Assembly (NCBI GenBank): GCA_000004985.1
Contig: GG738903.1
DNA from: Naegleria gruberi
Lineage: Eukaryota
Reading direction: 5' to 3' (one strand)
Length of the DNA: 64,000 nucleotides
The translations under genes and the position numbers were made by a program. Position 1 is the first letter of the stretch, and each line of letters starts with the position of its first letter. Shown in pieces: positions 1-13,037 of the stretch. Under the pieces are notes generated by a model. It saw only the letters and a program-made list of their open reading frames with translations, ran no database searches and had not been told where the DNA came from.

Positions 1-1155
1 TTCCACTGTTACGTTTTCTGCCATTTTTTTCTATTTTTAAATGTAGAGAAGGGAGTTTCCGTAAGTTCTAGATTTCTATTGAATTTTGGTTGGTTTCGTT
101 TTGATTGTGGTCTATTGTTGTAAGTAGATAACTTATCACAATATCACACAACGATTAAGTGCAATACTATTACAAAAGGAGGTTCAAAAACAAAAGAACT
201 GTAGTTATCTTTTAATGGAAAATTTGCAGATAATAGATGACATATCTACCCATCAACTTATCGATTTGTATTTTCTAATGATGATTGTATTCACTTGCGT
301 GCATTGCCGATCATTCTATAATATTGTGTATGTTAATCTAACAAATTCCTTTGTGTTCTTTACTACTGAGTTATGGTTATTTAACGTACTTACACTATTT
401 ACACATGATATCAAGTTATTACCGAATAATACATATTCACAGCCTAATGAGCATACCAAGTGTTGATACGTTTATAGTATTTTTTTTTACCAGTAGGATA
501 TCTAATGCACACGTAGTTAATGTAATATTTTGCTTGCAACGAATTCGCGCCAGTTCTACTCGTATCATTGTGATCACAATGAATAAGTATAAAGCAAATG
601 ATAATAGACTGTCTACCTCATATTACAATGAATGAGTTGAAATTGTTATCATGCAATATGTAATAAGAATATCCTCGAGGAAGAGTTATTCAAAGGCGCA
701 TATGGTGTTTCCACAGATCGCGAACTTGCAGGAAGGGTTGAATTTACTGTAGCTGTTAGCAATTTAACATTCCGCGAAAAATGGTGGATAAACAAGCCAT
801 ATTATGTTTCTCGCTTCTTGCTGAAATTTTCCATGTGGTCCTAAGAAGCCAAGAATATATCGCCTATTTCAATGTGGTTCTATCAAGATAACGAACAAGC
901 TGTAAATGAAGAAAGTTGTTCCCTGATATGTTTTGAGCAATGCTCAAATGTTAAAAAGAACTCTTTTTGAAATAATAATAATTTGGTAAAGTTTAAAATA
1001 AAACAATAAAGCTCATGGATTTATTTTTTGCATGCTTTGAATTATTGATTCCTCTGTTGTGTGAACAATGAGTTAGGAAAAATAGGAGGAATAATTAAGT
1101 ATTCTTAAAGAAAGATTATTAGAAAAAGCCAATAATGAGTTTTAGAAAAATCAAA

Positions 1156-2902
1156 CTATTTAAAATCATCAAATTCTTCTAATTGTCTGGCAAGTATATC
1201 ATCATGTTGAGGATAATTTGGGATTGGTATGATAAATATTTCTGGATATGACATTATATCTTTGTTTCTATTGATAATATCTCTCATTTCAGAAATCATT
1301 TCCCCATGAAACATAGATACTCTTTTGTATCTTTTGTTTAACATCTCCATAGCACGTAAATCCTTCTCAAGCAAGTTAAAATAATCAAAGGTTAAAACCT
1401 GTCCTGAAGATGTTTTAACAGTAGATTTTCGTGGTTTTTTACCTTGTTCAATCTCTTTACAAACATTTAAGTGAAATTGGCTTATATCAGCAATAGGTGA
1501 AATGATTACCAATAATGGATATCTTGAAATATAGCTGAGTTAAGTAATTCAAGTGGAAACTTACAAGAATAATTCATTCTCAGTCAGTAGTGTGATTTTC
1601 AATGCAATTTCTTCCATTGCAGAGAATGATACCTCTTGTATTTGTTTCAAGAATAAAAATATATATCCCTCTGTTATAATAGTGGTGTATAAACTCTGAG
1701 ATTGAAAAAATATTTCATTATGACGACAATCAACAAGAGATTCAGTCACTGTTTTCTTAAATTTCTCCATTGCTTGAAAAATAATATCAAGTACCTGTTT
1801 GAAAAGAATAAAATTTTGTGGAGTAATTGGGGAAGTTTTCATGTGATCCCAAACACCTGGTAAAAGAAAATCTTCCAATTTCATTGAGGTTGAGTGAAAA
1901 AATATCTTACTCAGACTTTCAAAAGTATTTTCCAAGCTCTGAACATTATTTTTGAATCTGCTTGCAATTTGATCACGATACCTTTCGAGTGGTTTGAAAA
2001 ATTTGTGTTCCCTACCATCCTTATTATTCTCAATGTAAAAATTAATAATTACTAAATAATATTTCAATTTGTAGAGATTACCTTCACCTATATATACAAT
2101 TAAAAGTATGATTGCACTGGCAGCCCAATAAAATTCTGTTGAATAGTCTATTGACAATAGTGCAAATTCTTTTTCTGCTTTTTTCAAAATTGTTTCATCC
2201 AAACCTTCCGTTACTTGCTTAGCATAGACTGATATGGCCAAGTAGAAACAATAAACACTTTTCATTTCCTCCTTAGATTTTATCCATTCATTTTCTTTAA
2301 ATTCAATTTTTTCCTCATCCATTTGAAATAAATAATTATTAGTGAAATATTTTAGCTTTTCCTTCTCAATCAGAGGATTAACACCACATAAAAATGTAAA
2401 ATAAATTTCAATTATTTGATTTGGTGGTGGAATAGTTTGAGGAATTGATGATTCCAAATGAGTTGTTGTATTACTAGAAGTATCAGACTTGTTCATTACT
2501 TTTTTTAAATAGGTTTCCGAGGCCTTTCCTCTTTTTAAAGGAGTACTATACTACAATCCCCCACAATACAATTATCAGTTATCAGTTGATTATATAATTT
2601 TGTATTCTTTGATCAAAACATACATTACATTCCACTCCATCGGAAATACATTTCGAACAAGAAGGCAATTTCTTGTTACACTTTTTATGTAGACGTCGAC
2701 AACGAACACATGAGATGGCATGGCACTGATCATCATCGTCCTCTTTATTCAATGCACTTGATGATTTATCTTTCTTTGATGAAGAAGCATCAGAACAATT
2801 TTGTTTTTTCATTTTTTTTAGGTGTTGGCTTGTTAACACCAATGAAGGAAGGTTATTTTCAATTATATTAAATGACATCTTGTTGTTTATTTTTAACTTC
2901 AA
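1156..2902 (-). CDS. Zn(II)2Cys6 (GAL4-type) zinc-cluster transcription factor, multi-exon. The zinc-cluster exon is 2582..2902. A middle-homology-like region runs 1561..2496 and continues after a ~47-nt GTAAGT intron into 1156..1512. The 5' end probably continues into the assembly gap.
   Basis: Six-Cys motif C-x2-C-x6-C-x6-C-x2-C-x6-C in 'CVRCRRLHKKCNKKLPSCSKCISDGVEC'. The downstream 311-aa ORF resembles a fungal-type TF regulatory region. Across the 1513..1560 intron the GTAAGT donor and CAAG acceptor keep the reading frame. Confidence 0.5.
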
Positions 2903-3063
2903 GGAAATCCAAATCAGATTTCAAATCTTCCTCCTCATCATATTCATCATCAGCATCAGCATTATTTGTTGTAGTTGTTAAATTTTCATTATCATTCATT
3001 GAATTAAATCTAGTATTACTTAATAAATTTGATTTTTTTAAATATTTCCAAATTTTTTCAATA

Positions 3064-3642
3064 NNNNNNNNNNNNNNNNNNNNNNNNNNNNNNNNNNNNN
3101 NNNNNNNNNNNNNNNNNNNNNNNNNNNNNNNNNNNNNNNNNNNNNNNNNNNNNNNNNNNNNNNNNNNNNNNNNNNNNNNNNNNNNNNNNNNNNNNNNNNN
3201 NNNNNNNNNNNNNNNNNNNNNNNNNNNNNNNNNNNNNNNNNNNNNNNNNNNNNNNNNNNNNNNNNNNNNNNNNNNNNNNNNNNNNNNNNNNNNNNNNNNN
3301 NNNNNNNNNNNNNNNNNNNNNNNNNNNNNNNNNNNNNNNNNNNNNNNNNNNNNNNNNNNNNNNNNNNNNNNNNNNNNNNNNNNNNNNNNNNNNNNNNNNN
3401 NNNNNNNNNNNNNNNNNNNNNNNNNNNNNNNNNNNNNNNNNNNNNNNNNNNNNNNNNNNNNNNNNNNNNNNNNNNNNNNNNNNNNNNNNNNNNNNNNNNN
3501 NNNNNNNNNNNNNNNNNNNNNNNNNNNNNNNNNNNNNNNNNNNNNNNNNNNNNNNNNNNNNNNNNNNNNNNNNNNNNNNNNNNNNNNNNNNNNNNNNNNN
3601 NNNNNNNNNNNNNNNNNNNNNNNNNNNNNNNNNNNNNNNNNN
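3064..3642. other. assembly gap (run of N)
   Basis: N characters in the sequence. Confidence 1.
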
Positions 3643-4515
3643 TTGTAATAAATGAATAAAAAATTTCTTAGCTCTCCATTTTCTTGAAAATAATCCAACT
3701 AATACTACTAATACATTACCTGTAAATAATTCTGATCCTGTCATTGTTATTAATATTAAACTAATTGGAAATACAGCTTTTTTTTATATTTAAAATTATA
3801 TTAAAATTATATTATTAAAATTATATTAAATTTAAAATTATATTTAAAATTATATTTAAAATTATATTTAACATTATTAAATTAAATTAAAAATTATTAA
3901 ATTAATTAAAAACATACCACCAAAAAAGAATTTTTGTAAACCAGGTATTTGTTTTTCTAATAATTCAGAATTACCAGCAGTTAATAAAGACATTGTACAA
4001 CCAACACCTTTAAATATACCAGCAAATAAAGATAAAATAATCATTTGATCAAATGTTAATTTAGATTTTCTAATACCTTCCATTTTCATTTTATCCATTA
4101 CCATAGTTGGTGTTAAATATAATGGTGGATATGTTGTTACATTGGATTTAATTGGTTCTTGTTCTTGTTTTTTATCATAATGATGATAATGATGATGAAT
4201 TATTATTGTTGTTGTTGCTTGTTGTTGTTTTTGTTGTTGATGATTAATTGTATTAATTGTTATATTATTATTATTATTATTGTTATCTATTATTTCATTA
4301 GGACTTGTAGAAGTAGTAGTACTAATAGTAGTAGTATTAATATTTAAATCATCTAATGGTATATCTATTGGTGTTATATCATGATGAATATGTTTATGAT
4401 TATTCATAGAATGAATAGTATTTGATGATGTATGATAATTATATTCTTGTTGTTGTGTTATTTCTGATGGATGTGTAGAAATATCCCTAAGTAAATTAGT
4501 ACTACTATTCATCAT
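3643..4515 (-). CDS. Putative polytopic membrane protein, possibly a formate/nitrite-transporter-like channel. At least two exons (3877..4515 and 3643..3744), truncated by the gap. The N-terminus carries poly-Asn/Gln/His low-complexity sequence.
   Basis: The hydrophobic segments 'LSLFAGIFKGVGCTMSLLTAGN' and 'TGNVLVVLVGLF' are what suggested the FNT call. The intron contains an (aaattatattt)n microsatellite at ~3785..3880. Confidence 0.3.
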
Positions 4516-5451
4516 TTTAAAAGCCTTATTATAATCCTTCTACTATGTAATTATGTGATTTATGTAACTATGTGATTGAATAATGGGTGATTGAATAATG
4601 ATGAGAGGATCTAACTCTCTCCTGTTTTTTTAAATCAATGATGGTGAGGTGTAAATTGTTCGATATTTGGAGTTTACGGAGAGGAACAATTACAATAAAA
4701 GCCACTTGATCATTTAAAGACCTGTGTACATATTCACAATGACATTTGATGACATGTTATTGTTTTATCGTATTTATACAATTAATTGTTCATTGTGTTG
4801 ATAACACTGCTGAGAATATTAAAATATAACGGATATCATTCAGTGGTCTATTTAAAAAACGACAATTATTTTCCATCAAGTACAATATATGTAATATTGA
4901 ATAATTTACAAGTATTGTATTTAAATGTGGTGTTTAATTGTAATATTAATTTTTAAATAATTAATATTATTTAATTTTAATTTATTGAACATTTACTCAT
5001 CATGAACATTAACTAGACATCTCAATAATAGTACAATAATAGAATATTCATTAATAATAATACTATTAGATCTATTATTAATATACTATTATATTATGTA
5101 TTGTTTTTTTTAACAAGAATGCAATTAAGTGGTTTAACATATTTCCATTATTATATAATTTAGAAATAAATATACAAATAATAAATTGTTGTTCTGAAAA
5201 TGCTGAGATTAATACATTCCGATATAATAATAATAGTAGATGATGATGTTATTGTGCAATGCAAATTATGAATCATGATGATGATAATATTTGTATGATT
5301 TGATGATAATGTAATAATAAATGCATTTTTTAATAAGTGAGAATAAAATCAACATGTCAACTGTTAAACCATCATCATTTAATAATATAATAAAAATTTA
5401 TTTAAATATATAATACACAATGGAGAATTAACAACACAACAACAATAATAT

Positions 5452-8400
5452 TTAATAATTTCCTCTAACTCTAATAATACTAATATTCTTTTCACTTTCA
5501 TCATTATTTTCATCACTTCCATCACTACCATTATTAGTATTATACATATTATTATTACTACCAGTAATATTATTATTATTATTATTTATATTATTATTAT
5601 TTAAAATAATTTGATTATTAAAATGATAATATTTTAAAATATTATTAATTAAATAATCATATGATAATAATCTAATTCTTTGACAAGTAGCAGGTGAATC
5701 AAGTATAAAAATATTAAAATTATTTAAATTATTTCTTCTAAAAGATTTAATAGCATTTCTAATAGCAAATAAAACACAACATGCTAATTGTAAAGGTGGT
5801 TCACCAATTGCTTTAGATCTATATATATTACTATTACATTCTGTATTTTCTTTTAATAATAAATGTATTTTAAATTTTAAAGAAATATCATTAAATGATG
5901 GTATTTTATAATTTGATGGTCCTATTGAAAATAACATTCCACTATTTATCCATTTATTTATAATTATATTATTATTATTTAAATTATTTAAATTATTTAA
6001 ATTATTATTATTATCAATTAAATTATTTAAATTATTTAAATTATTATCACCCCATATTAATTCTTCCATTAAATATAAACCAATACCNNNNNNNNNNNNN
6101 NNNNNNNNNNNNNNNNNNNNNNNNNNNNNNNNNNNNNNNNNNNNNNNNNNNNNNNNNNNNNNNNNNNNNNNNNNNNNNNNNNNNNNNNNNNNNNNNNNNN
6201 NNNNNNNNNNNNNNNNNNNNNNNNNNNNNNNNNNNNNNNNNNNNNNNNNNNNNNNNNNNNNNNNNNNNNNNNNNNNNNNNNNNNNNNNNNNNNNNNNNNN
6301 NNNNNNNNNNNNNNNNNNNNNNNNNNNNNNNNNNNNNNNNNNNNNNNNNNNNNNNNNNNNNNNNNNNNNNNNNNNNNNNNNNNNNNNNNNNNNNNNNNNN
6401 NNNNNNNNNNNNNNNNNNNNNNNNNNNNNNNNNNNNNNNNNNNNNNNNNNNNNNNNNNNNNNNNNNNNNNNNNNNNNNNNNNNNNNNNNNNNNNNNNNNN
6501 NNNNNNNNNNNNNNNNNNNNNNNNNNNNNNNNNNNNNNNNNNNNNNNNNNNNNNNNNNNNNNNNNNNNNNNNNNNNNNNNNNNNNNNNNNNNNNNNNNNN
6601 NNNNNNNNNNNNNNNNNNNNNNNNNNNNNNNNNNNNNNNNNNNNNNNNNNNNNNNNNNNNNNNNNNNNNNNNNNNNNNNNNNNNNNNNNNNNNNNNNNNN
6701 NNNNNNNNNNNNNNNNNNNNNNNNNNNNNNNNNNNNNNNNNNNNNNNNNNNNNNNNNNNNNNNNNNNNNNNNNNNNNNNNNNNNNNNNNNNNNNNNNNNN
6801 NNNNNNNNNNNNNNNNNNNNNNNNNNNNNNNNNNNNNNNNNNNNNNNNNNNNNNNNNNNNNNNNNNNNNNNNNNNNNNNNNNNNNNNNNNNNNNNNNNNN
6901 NNNNNNNNNNNNNNNNNNNNNNNNNNNNNNNNNNNNNNNNNNNNNNNNNNNNNNNNNNNNNNNNNNNNNNNNNNNNNNNNNNNNNNNNNNNNNNNNNNNN
7001 NNNNNNNNNNNNNNNNNNNNNTCTGAATGCTATCTAATACTAATCTAACTGTTTGTTGACTTTTTAATGCTCCAATTGCACATGCACATGCTATTAAAAT
7101 ATTAAATTAAAAATATAAATTAAATATTAAATTAATAAATATTAAATAAATAAAATTTAAAAAAAAACCTACCTAAAACAGAAGCTCTTGTTTCTTTACC
7201 ACCAAAACCACCACCTATTTTTTGTGGAGTTTTAACTTGTATTTGATTCATTGATAAATTTAAAGCTTTTGAAACTAATTGTTGAGTTGTTGAAATTGAT
7301 TGAGTTGATGAATAAATAGTCCATCCACTCTTTTCAATAAAATTATTAGATTCAGGTATTACTAAACATGATTGTGTTTCTAAATAAAAATGTTCTTGTC
7401 CACCAATATAACAATCACCTTCTATATATTCATATTCATTTTCTATTTTAGTATTTTTAATCATTTCTTTAAATTCAGAAAATGAAATATTTGAACTTTG
7501 TAAATGTCTATATTGATCATTAAAAAATGAATTACTATTAATAGCATCATCTATATTTAGTATAGGTTTACTATTTTCAAATGGTTGATATTTAATAATT
7601 ACTTTTTTAGATGCTTCTCTTGCTTGATTTAAAGTATTTGCTAAAATTAAACCAATTAATTGTCCACATGAAGTTGATTCACTACTTTTAAATACTTCTT
7701 CTTCATTTGGTATTACAATACCAATATTATTATTTGGTACATCTTTATAATTTACAAAATATTTAACACCTTCCATTTCAAGTGCTTTACTTTCATCAAT
7801 TTCAATAATTTTAGCATAAGGTTGTGTTGTAAATATAGGATAGGCTTGTAATTCATTTTCTAAATGTGGAATATCATCTAAATATTGTGATTTTCCTTCT
7901 ACTGATTTTTTACCATATATATCAACATGATTTTTACCAATAGTATTTAATTCTTTAACTAAATTTAAATCAATTATATTTGATTTTAATTTTAAATCTT
8001 GAATATATTGTCCAAATTCATATTTATCTATTTTAGGTAAGTAATGATATTCACTTTGAATACTTTCTTCTTCTTTTGTAATATTTAAACAATTTAATTG
8101 TTTTTTAACATGTGTAAAAAATTTAATTAAAAAACTTTGTGATAATGTCATTCTATATAAGGATTGACCACCTGGTGTATTTTCATTTAAATTTAATTTT
8201 TCATTTAATAATTTAATTGAATTTTCTAAAATTAAATTATAATTTTCAATAAAATTCTTTCCAATTAAATATTCATTTAAATAATTTAAATAAATTACCA
8301 TAAATGACATTCCACCAAATGAAATTGAACAATCTTCAATTATATTATTATTATTTAATTTAATTGTCATACATGAATTAACAATTGCAATATCATCTTC

Positions 8401-9760
8401 TTTTCTTTTAGATTGTTTAAATGCTTTACAATAAATATTATTATCAGTTACTATATTTGGAATTATTACATTCAATAATATTTCAGTAGGTAATATATTT
8501 AATTTTCTATATCCAATATATAAATCTCTAATTGAAATATTTCTAATTTCATTTGTTTTAATATTTAATAAATTTAATTTAGCATTTAAAGATTGCCAAA
8601 TTGGGACAAGATCTGAAATTGGTGAACCTGTCATTATATTACCACCAATAGATGCAACATTTCTAATTGGAGTAGATGCAAACCATTTACATTGATCTAA
8701 AATTGTTTTAATTTTTCTATTTTTAAATTCTAAATTACTTTCCATAAATGTATTTAAATATTCCATTAATTTTTGTATAGTAATACTTGAACCAATTAAT
8801 AATTCATTAGAATTTTCATTTAATTGTAAATTTAACATTTCATTAATATTTATTAATGATATAAAATGTGAATATTCTAAATTACGATGTTTAATTTCCA
8901 AACTAACTTCTGTATTTCCAATTATGTATTTAGGAATTATATTTTTAGAATTTAAATTTAATATTATATTTTTTAATTCATTTAAATTAATTGGTCTATA
9001 CCATTCAATATTATCATCTTTATATGATAAATATTTAAATTTATAATTTCTTAATTCAAATGGAAATAAATATTCTTTTTCATATTTAATTTCATTTATA
9101 TTATTATTAATATTATTATTAGTAATAGTATTATCATCATTGGATGGAGTTGGTTCAGTTGTTTTATTTTTAACTTTACAACAACCACCTTCTTTATTAC
9201 AATTACCACATCCATTACCATAAATAGAAGTATTATTATTAGTATCATTTATATTATCATTTAAATCATGATTATATTCATCAGATAAAGATATAGCCAT
9301 ATCTAAAATAGATCTATAACCAGTACATCTACATAAATTACCATCTAAAGATAATTCAATTTGTTTAATTGTAGGCTTTGAATAATTTCTTAATAAGGAA
9401 TATAAACTCATAATAATACCAGGTGTACAAAAACCACATTGTAAAGCATTAAATTAAACAACTTTACTTTTTAATAAAGTTAAAATTGAATCTTGTTTAA
9501 TACCTTCTATAGTAATAATAGAACATCCATCTAAATGTATTAATGGATATAAACAGGCATTAATAGAATAATTAATAATCTTATTTTGTAATGTATCATA
9601 TTTAGATAACATTACAATACAACTACCACATCCACCTTCTGAACAACCTATTTTAGTACCTGTTAATTTTAAATATTCTCTCAAATATTCTGCTAAATTT
9701 AATTTAATTAATAAATTATTTAATTTTAATTCAATACGTTCACCATTAACATAAAATAAT
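5452..9760 (-). CDS. xdh: Xanthine dehydrogenase/oxidase (molybdenum hydroxylase). The N-terminal 2Fe-2S region is 9454..9760, the FAD and Mo-cofactor core is 7132..9453, and the C-terminal segment is 5452..6069. The middle is interrupted by assembly gap 6088..7021.
   Basis: N-terminal 2Fe-2S motif 'VNGERIELK...LTGTKIGCSEGGCGSC'. Second 2Fe-2S and FAD region 'CGFCTPGIIMSLYSLLRN...GNLCRCTGYRSI'. C-terminal 'AIGEPPLQLACCVLFAIRNAI' matches the conserved XDH C-terminus. Asn-rich insertions are present. Confidence 0.8.
6088..7021. other. assembly gap (run of N)
   Basis: N characters in the sequence. Confidence 1.
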
Positions 9761-10362
9761 ATTTACTATTATTATTATTTGTATTATTATTTTCAAGTTG
9801 AACTTGATCATCATTAAAATTGAAAGTTAATGATGCTGATGATGATTTAATATCATTATTATTGATTATCATTCTCAAGTTGTTGATTTTTAAATGATGA
9901 TGGCGTTGAAGATTTGCGATTAATTGGAGAGAAAAAGTTACAGTAGTGTTGAGTTATTGTTTTTTTTCAACAGAGAACACGTGTGGTGGAGAGGCTCAAT
10001 ATTGTTGAATGGTTCATGGATTCTGAAATTGAGCGGAGCGGGTAGATCACAAACCATATTTGGCCGATCTATAGATATTTTTGCTCAACGTTTCCATTTC
10101 GGTAACACAAGGTTCATGGAATGAAAACACTTATTATCAAATTTATTATTAAAATCGTGGTTGAGAAGAATTGTAGTAAATCTTCCCTTAATAAATGCAG
10201 AGGTGAACCCATGTCTAAATTACCTGCTATTGGAGTTCAGGGATTAGACAAAAACTCGTAGTAGTTGTACATTATTGTAAAAGTATTTGAAACTGATTCG
10301 TACAACTGATCATGAACATGTATTGAACTTGTTGTTCCACATCAATTATTATAATAAAAAAA

Positions 10363-11496
10363 ATGCAACGATTGAAAAGATTACTATTTTCTAATAGTGA
10401 AAATAATAGAGATGATTCACAAGCATCCATTGATGAAATTAATAATATAAAAACAAAACAACAATATAAAACACTTGTTTTATTCGGAAGTGGTGGTTCT
10501 GGTAAATGTAAGTTTTGTTTTTAAATACATTATTATTAATAATTAAATTTTATTGTTGAAAAGCTTCAATATTTAAAAAATGTGTAAATATTAAAGAAGA
10601 TTCAATACTATTAGTATATTCAATTTTATTAAAATTTTATAGTTGGAAATATATTCCTAATTTAAAATCTAAATTGACTAATCAGGAAAATGTTAAACTT
10701 TATGAAACAAATTTAGAATTATTACCACATCATATTGAAAAAACTCATTGGACAGTAGATGTTGCAAATGCTGTATTTAAAGTATATTGGGATATTGGAT
10801 TACAAAAAGAATTATTAAATTATAGATTTCAAATTCCATTTTGGGAAAGTATTCAATATTTTATGAAAAAGGAAAATTTTGATAAATTACTGGATTTGAA
10901 TAATTGTGATTTAAATGATGAAGATTTATTTTTTGCAAGTTTTAAAACAGTAGGAATTCATTCTTTACCATATAAATTAAATGAAAATCAAATAATTATT
11001 GACACAGGTAAATATTAAAACATTTATATTTATAACAAATATATATCCAAATATATATAATATAGGTGGTCAAAGATGTGAACGTAAAAAATGGATTAAT
11101 GTAGTGGATGATAATTTATCCGCAATTGGACAAGTTATTTCATTGAGTGAATTTGATGAAACATGTTATGAAGATGAAAATCAAAGTAAATTTGAAGAAG
11201 GATTACAAACATTTAGAAATATTTATAATGAATTTACTATTAATTGTCCAATTTATTTAATATTTAGTAAATATGAAATATTGGAACAGAAAGTTAAAAT
11301 GGAAAAGATTGCATTTTCACAACATGTTAAAGATTACAATGGAAATGATAATGATATTAATGAAATTGTTAAATTTATTGTAAACAAGTATATGGAAATA
11401 GATAGAGAACATAAGATTGTGAAACATTTTGTAATTTCAGCAAGAAATGAAACTCAAGTTCAAGAAATGATGAATGACATTTTCAAAAATATTTAA
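10363..11496 (+). CDS. Divergent heterotrimeric G-protein alpha-subunit-like protein. Three exons: 10363..10507, 10564..11007 and 11066..11496. Introns are 10508..10563 (56 nt, GTAAGT..AG) and 11008..11065 (58 nt, GTAAAT..AG).
   Basis: P-loop 'LFGSGGSGKSSIFKK' is reconstituted across intron 1. Switch II 'DTGGQRCERKKWINVVDD' is reconstituted across intron 2. Codon phases are consistent at both junctions. The NKxD and TCAT guanine-ring motifs are replaced by 'SKYE' and 'ISARN'. Confidence 0.7.
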
Positions 11497-12060
11497 CAGA
11501 TGATTAGAATAACAGGTTTATCACACAATTCGCCATTAATTGATTCACATTTCCAAAATTGATACCAATTAATTCTTCTAGTCTTTTTATAGACGATTAA
11601 GGCAAGCTGGTTTGTAATCATCGGCATGTAATTACCACCAAATAAAACCATTTGATTTCCAACAAAAATGAGCGACAACAATTCATCCATTTAAATTATT
11701 AAATGTCTTTTTATGTTTTGAACTCCATCACCTTAATTCAATCAATATTGTGTAGGGGACATTTAAAGATTGAACGCTTACTATTTTATAATACCTTAAT
11801 AATATTTTATTAAGATGCAGAATTGTGTTTTGATTCGATTTAAAAAACAGTACTTTTCATCATTAAACTATAGTAATAAGAGAGAACACATGTGAGGAGG
11901 AGTTTGAATGTGTTCAATAGGGTGAATGAGAGGAATATCATCGAGAACAGCGCCGCAGGACCAATTAAGGCAAAAATCGGACTGATCCCAAGTAGAAAAA
12001 GCATCACAGAACGACACTGCTCCATGTGTGTTTCACTCTCTACCGATCTATTGTTGTCGT

Positions 12061-12103
12061 AGCACAACATCTTAATAAGACCATCTTATTAAGATGTTGT
12101 GCT
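12061..12103. other. Perfect 20-bp inverted repeat with a 3-nt loop (agcacaacatcttaataaga-cca-tcttattaagatgttgtgct).
   Basis: Direct reading of the sequence. It lies in the intergenic region upstream of the 12301 gene, next to a locally GC-richer stretch at 11880..12060. Confidence 0.6.
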
Positions 12104-12300
12104 GCTGCCAAGAAGTAGAAAAGATTAAAAAAATTACAACTACACTAAGAAGCCTTTGGGATTAAATTTATTATTGCGCTAATAATAATTTACTCGAGGA
12201 TAAACGTTCCAACCCGAACCAAAAATTAAATAGCCTTGCATAAATCATACTTGTGAAAATCAACCTCAAACATAAACGTTAACAACAACAGTATAATAAT

Positions 12301-12897
12301 ATGGGTGGATTTGCAAGTACAATTGTTAGAAATATTGAGGATGAATATTCATTCGATCATAAATATAAAAACAGAGTGAATATAAAACCACTCACTGAGG
12401 GATACGGTAATGGAGATCGTGATCATTCCTATTCAAGTTTAATAGATACTCCTCAGCAAATACATTTCTCTTCACCCTCATCATCAATATATAAGTCTCG
12501 TCCACATCATTCTCCTCTAGTGAATCATCAATCATCTCCCTCCCGATTTCATAATAATAATATACAAGATATTCATCATAATATGGATCAATATCATCTT
12601 CCACCACTTAATTCAAAACCAGATTTAACTCATAGAACAATACAATCACCAGTTGATAATAATTTATTTGCCTTATTTAGACAAAAGAGAAATTCATTAC
12701 CTGCATTGAATGCACATCGTAGATCAGCTTCACCTGCACCATCAACGACATTATCAAAAGCACAATCAATGAGAGAAAAGAGATCACATAGTATTTGTGG
12801 TCCTGTACCAGATATAGTTGTTGAACGAGTTCATTTTATACCAAACGAGAGAAGAAGACAAGATGGAAACTTTTTAACAGTTCCAGAAAGACATTAA
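12301..12897 (+). CDS. Hypothetical low-complexity Ser/Pro/His-rich protein with an N-terminal myristoylation-type motif (MGGFAS).
   Basis: ATG-initiated 198-aa ORF. Gly2 plus Ser6 gives the myristoylation consensus. Basophilic phospho-site-like motifs are present (RRSASP, KRSHS). Confidence 0.4.
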   Translation: MGGFASTIVRNIEDEYSFDHKYKNRVNIKPLTEGYGNGDRDHSYSSLIDTPQQIHFSSPSSSIYKSRPHHSPLVNHQSSPSRFHNNNIQDIHHNMDQYHLPPLNSKPDLTHRTIQSPVDNNLFALFRQKRNSLPALNAHRRSASPAPSTTLSKAQSMREKRSHSICGPVPDIVVERVHFIPNERRRQDGNFLTVPERH

Positions 12898-13037
12898 GCG
12901 AGATTGAAACTGTACATAAAATTTTAATTTATTTTTTTACATTTTTAATATTAGTTATGATTGTAAGCTCATTTCTAATAAGATTCTAATACCTCCAATT
13001 TTCCAAACTATTTCTATTAGATTTCAATTATAAAAAA

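Noticed and set aside
1-1150. Short ORFs 215..466 and 351..635 at the window start.
   Set aside because: They have no motifs, overlap each other in different frames and sit in AT-rich sequence. They are likely intergenic.
2868-3744. ORFs translated across the N run (poly-X proteins).
   Set aside because: They are artefacts of translating the assembly gap. Only the flanking real sequence was used.
9454-9456. Possibility that TAA encodes an amino acid (ciliate-type code), given the in-frame TAA in xdh and stops in the repeat array.
   Set aside because: Multi-kb ORFs are free of TAA, TAG and TGA, and well-conserved genes such as Hsp70 and the ABC transporter terminate exactly at TAA where homologs end. 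The standard code fits.
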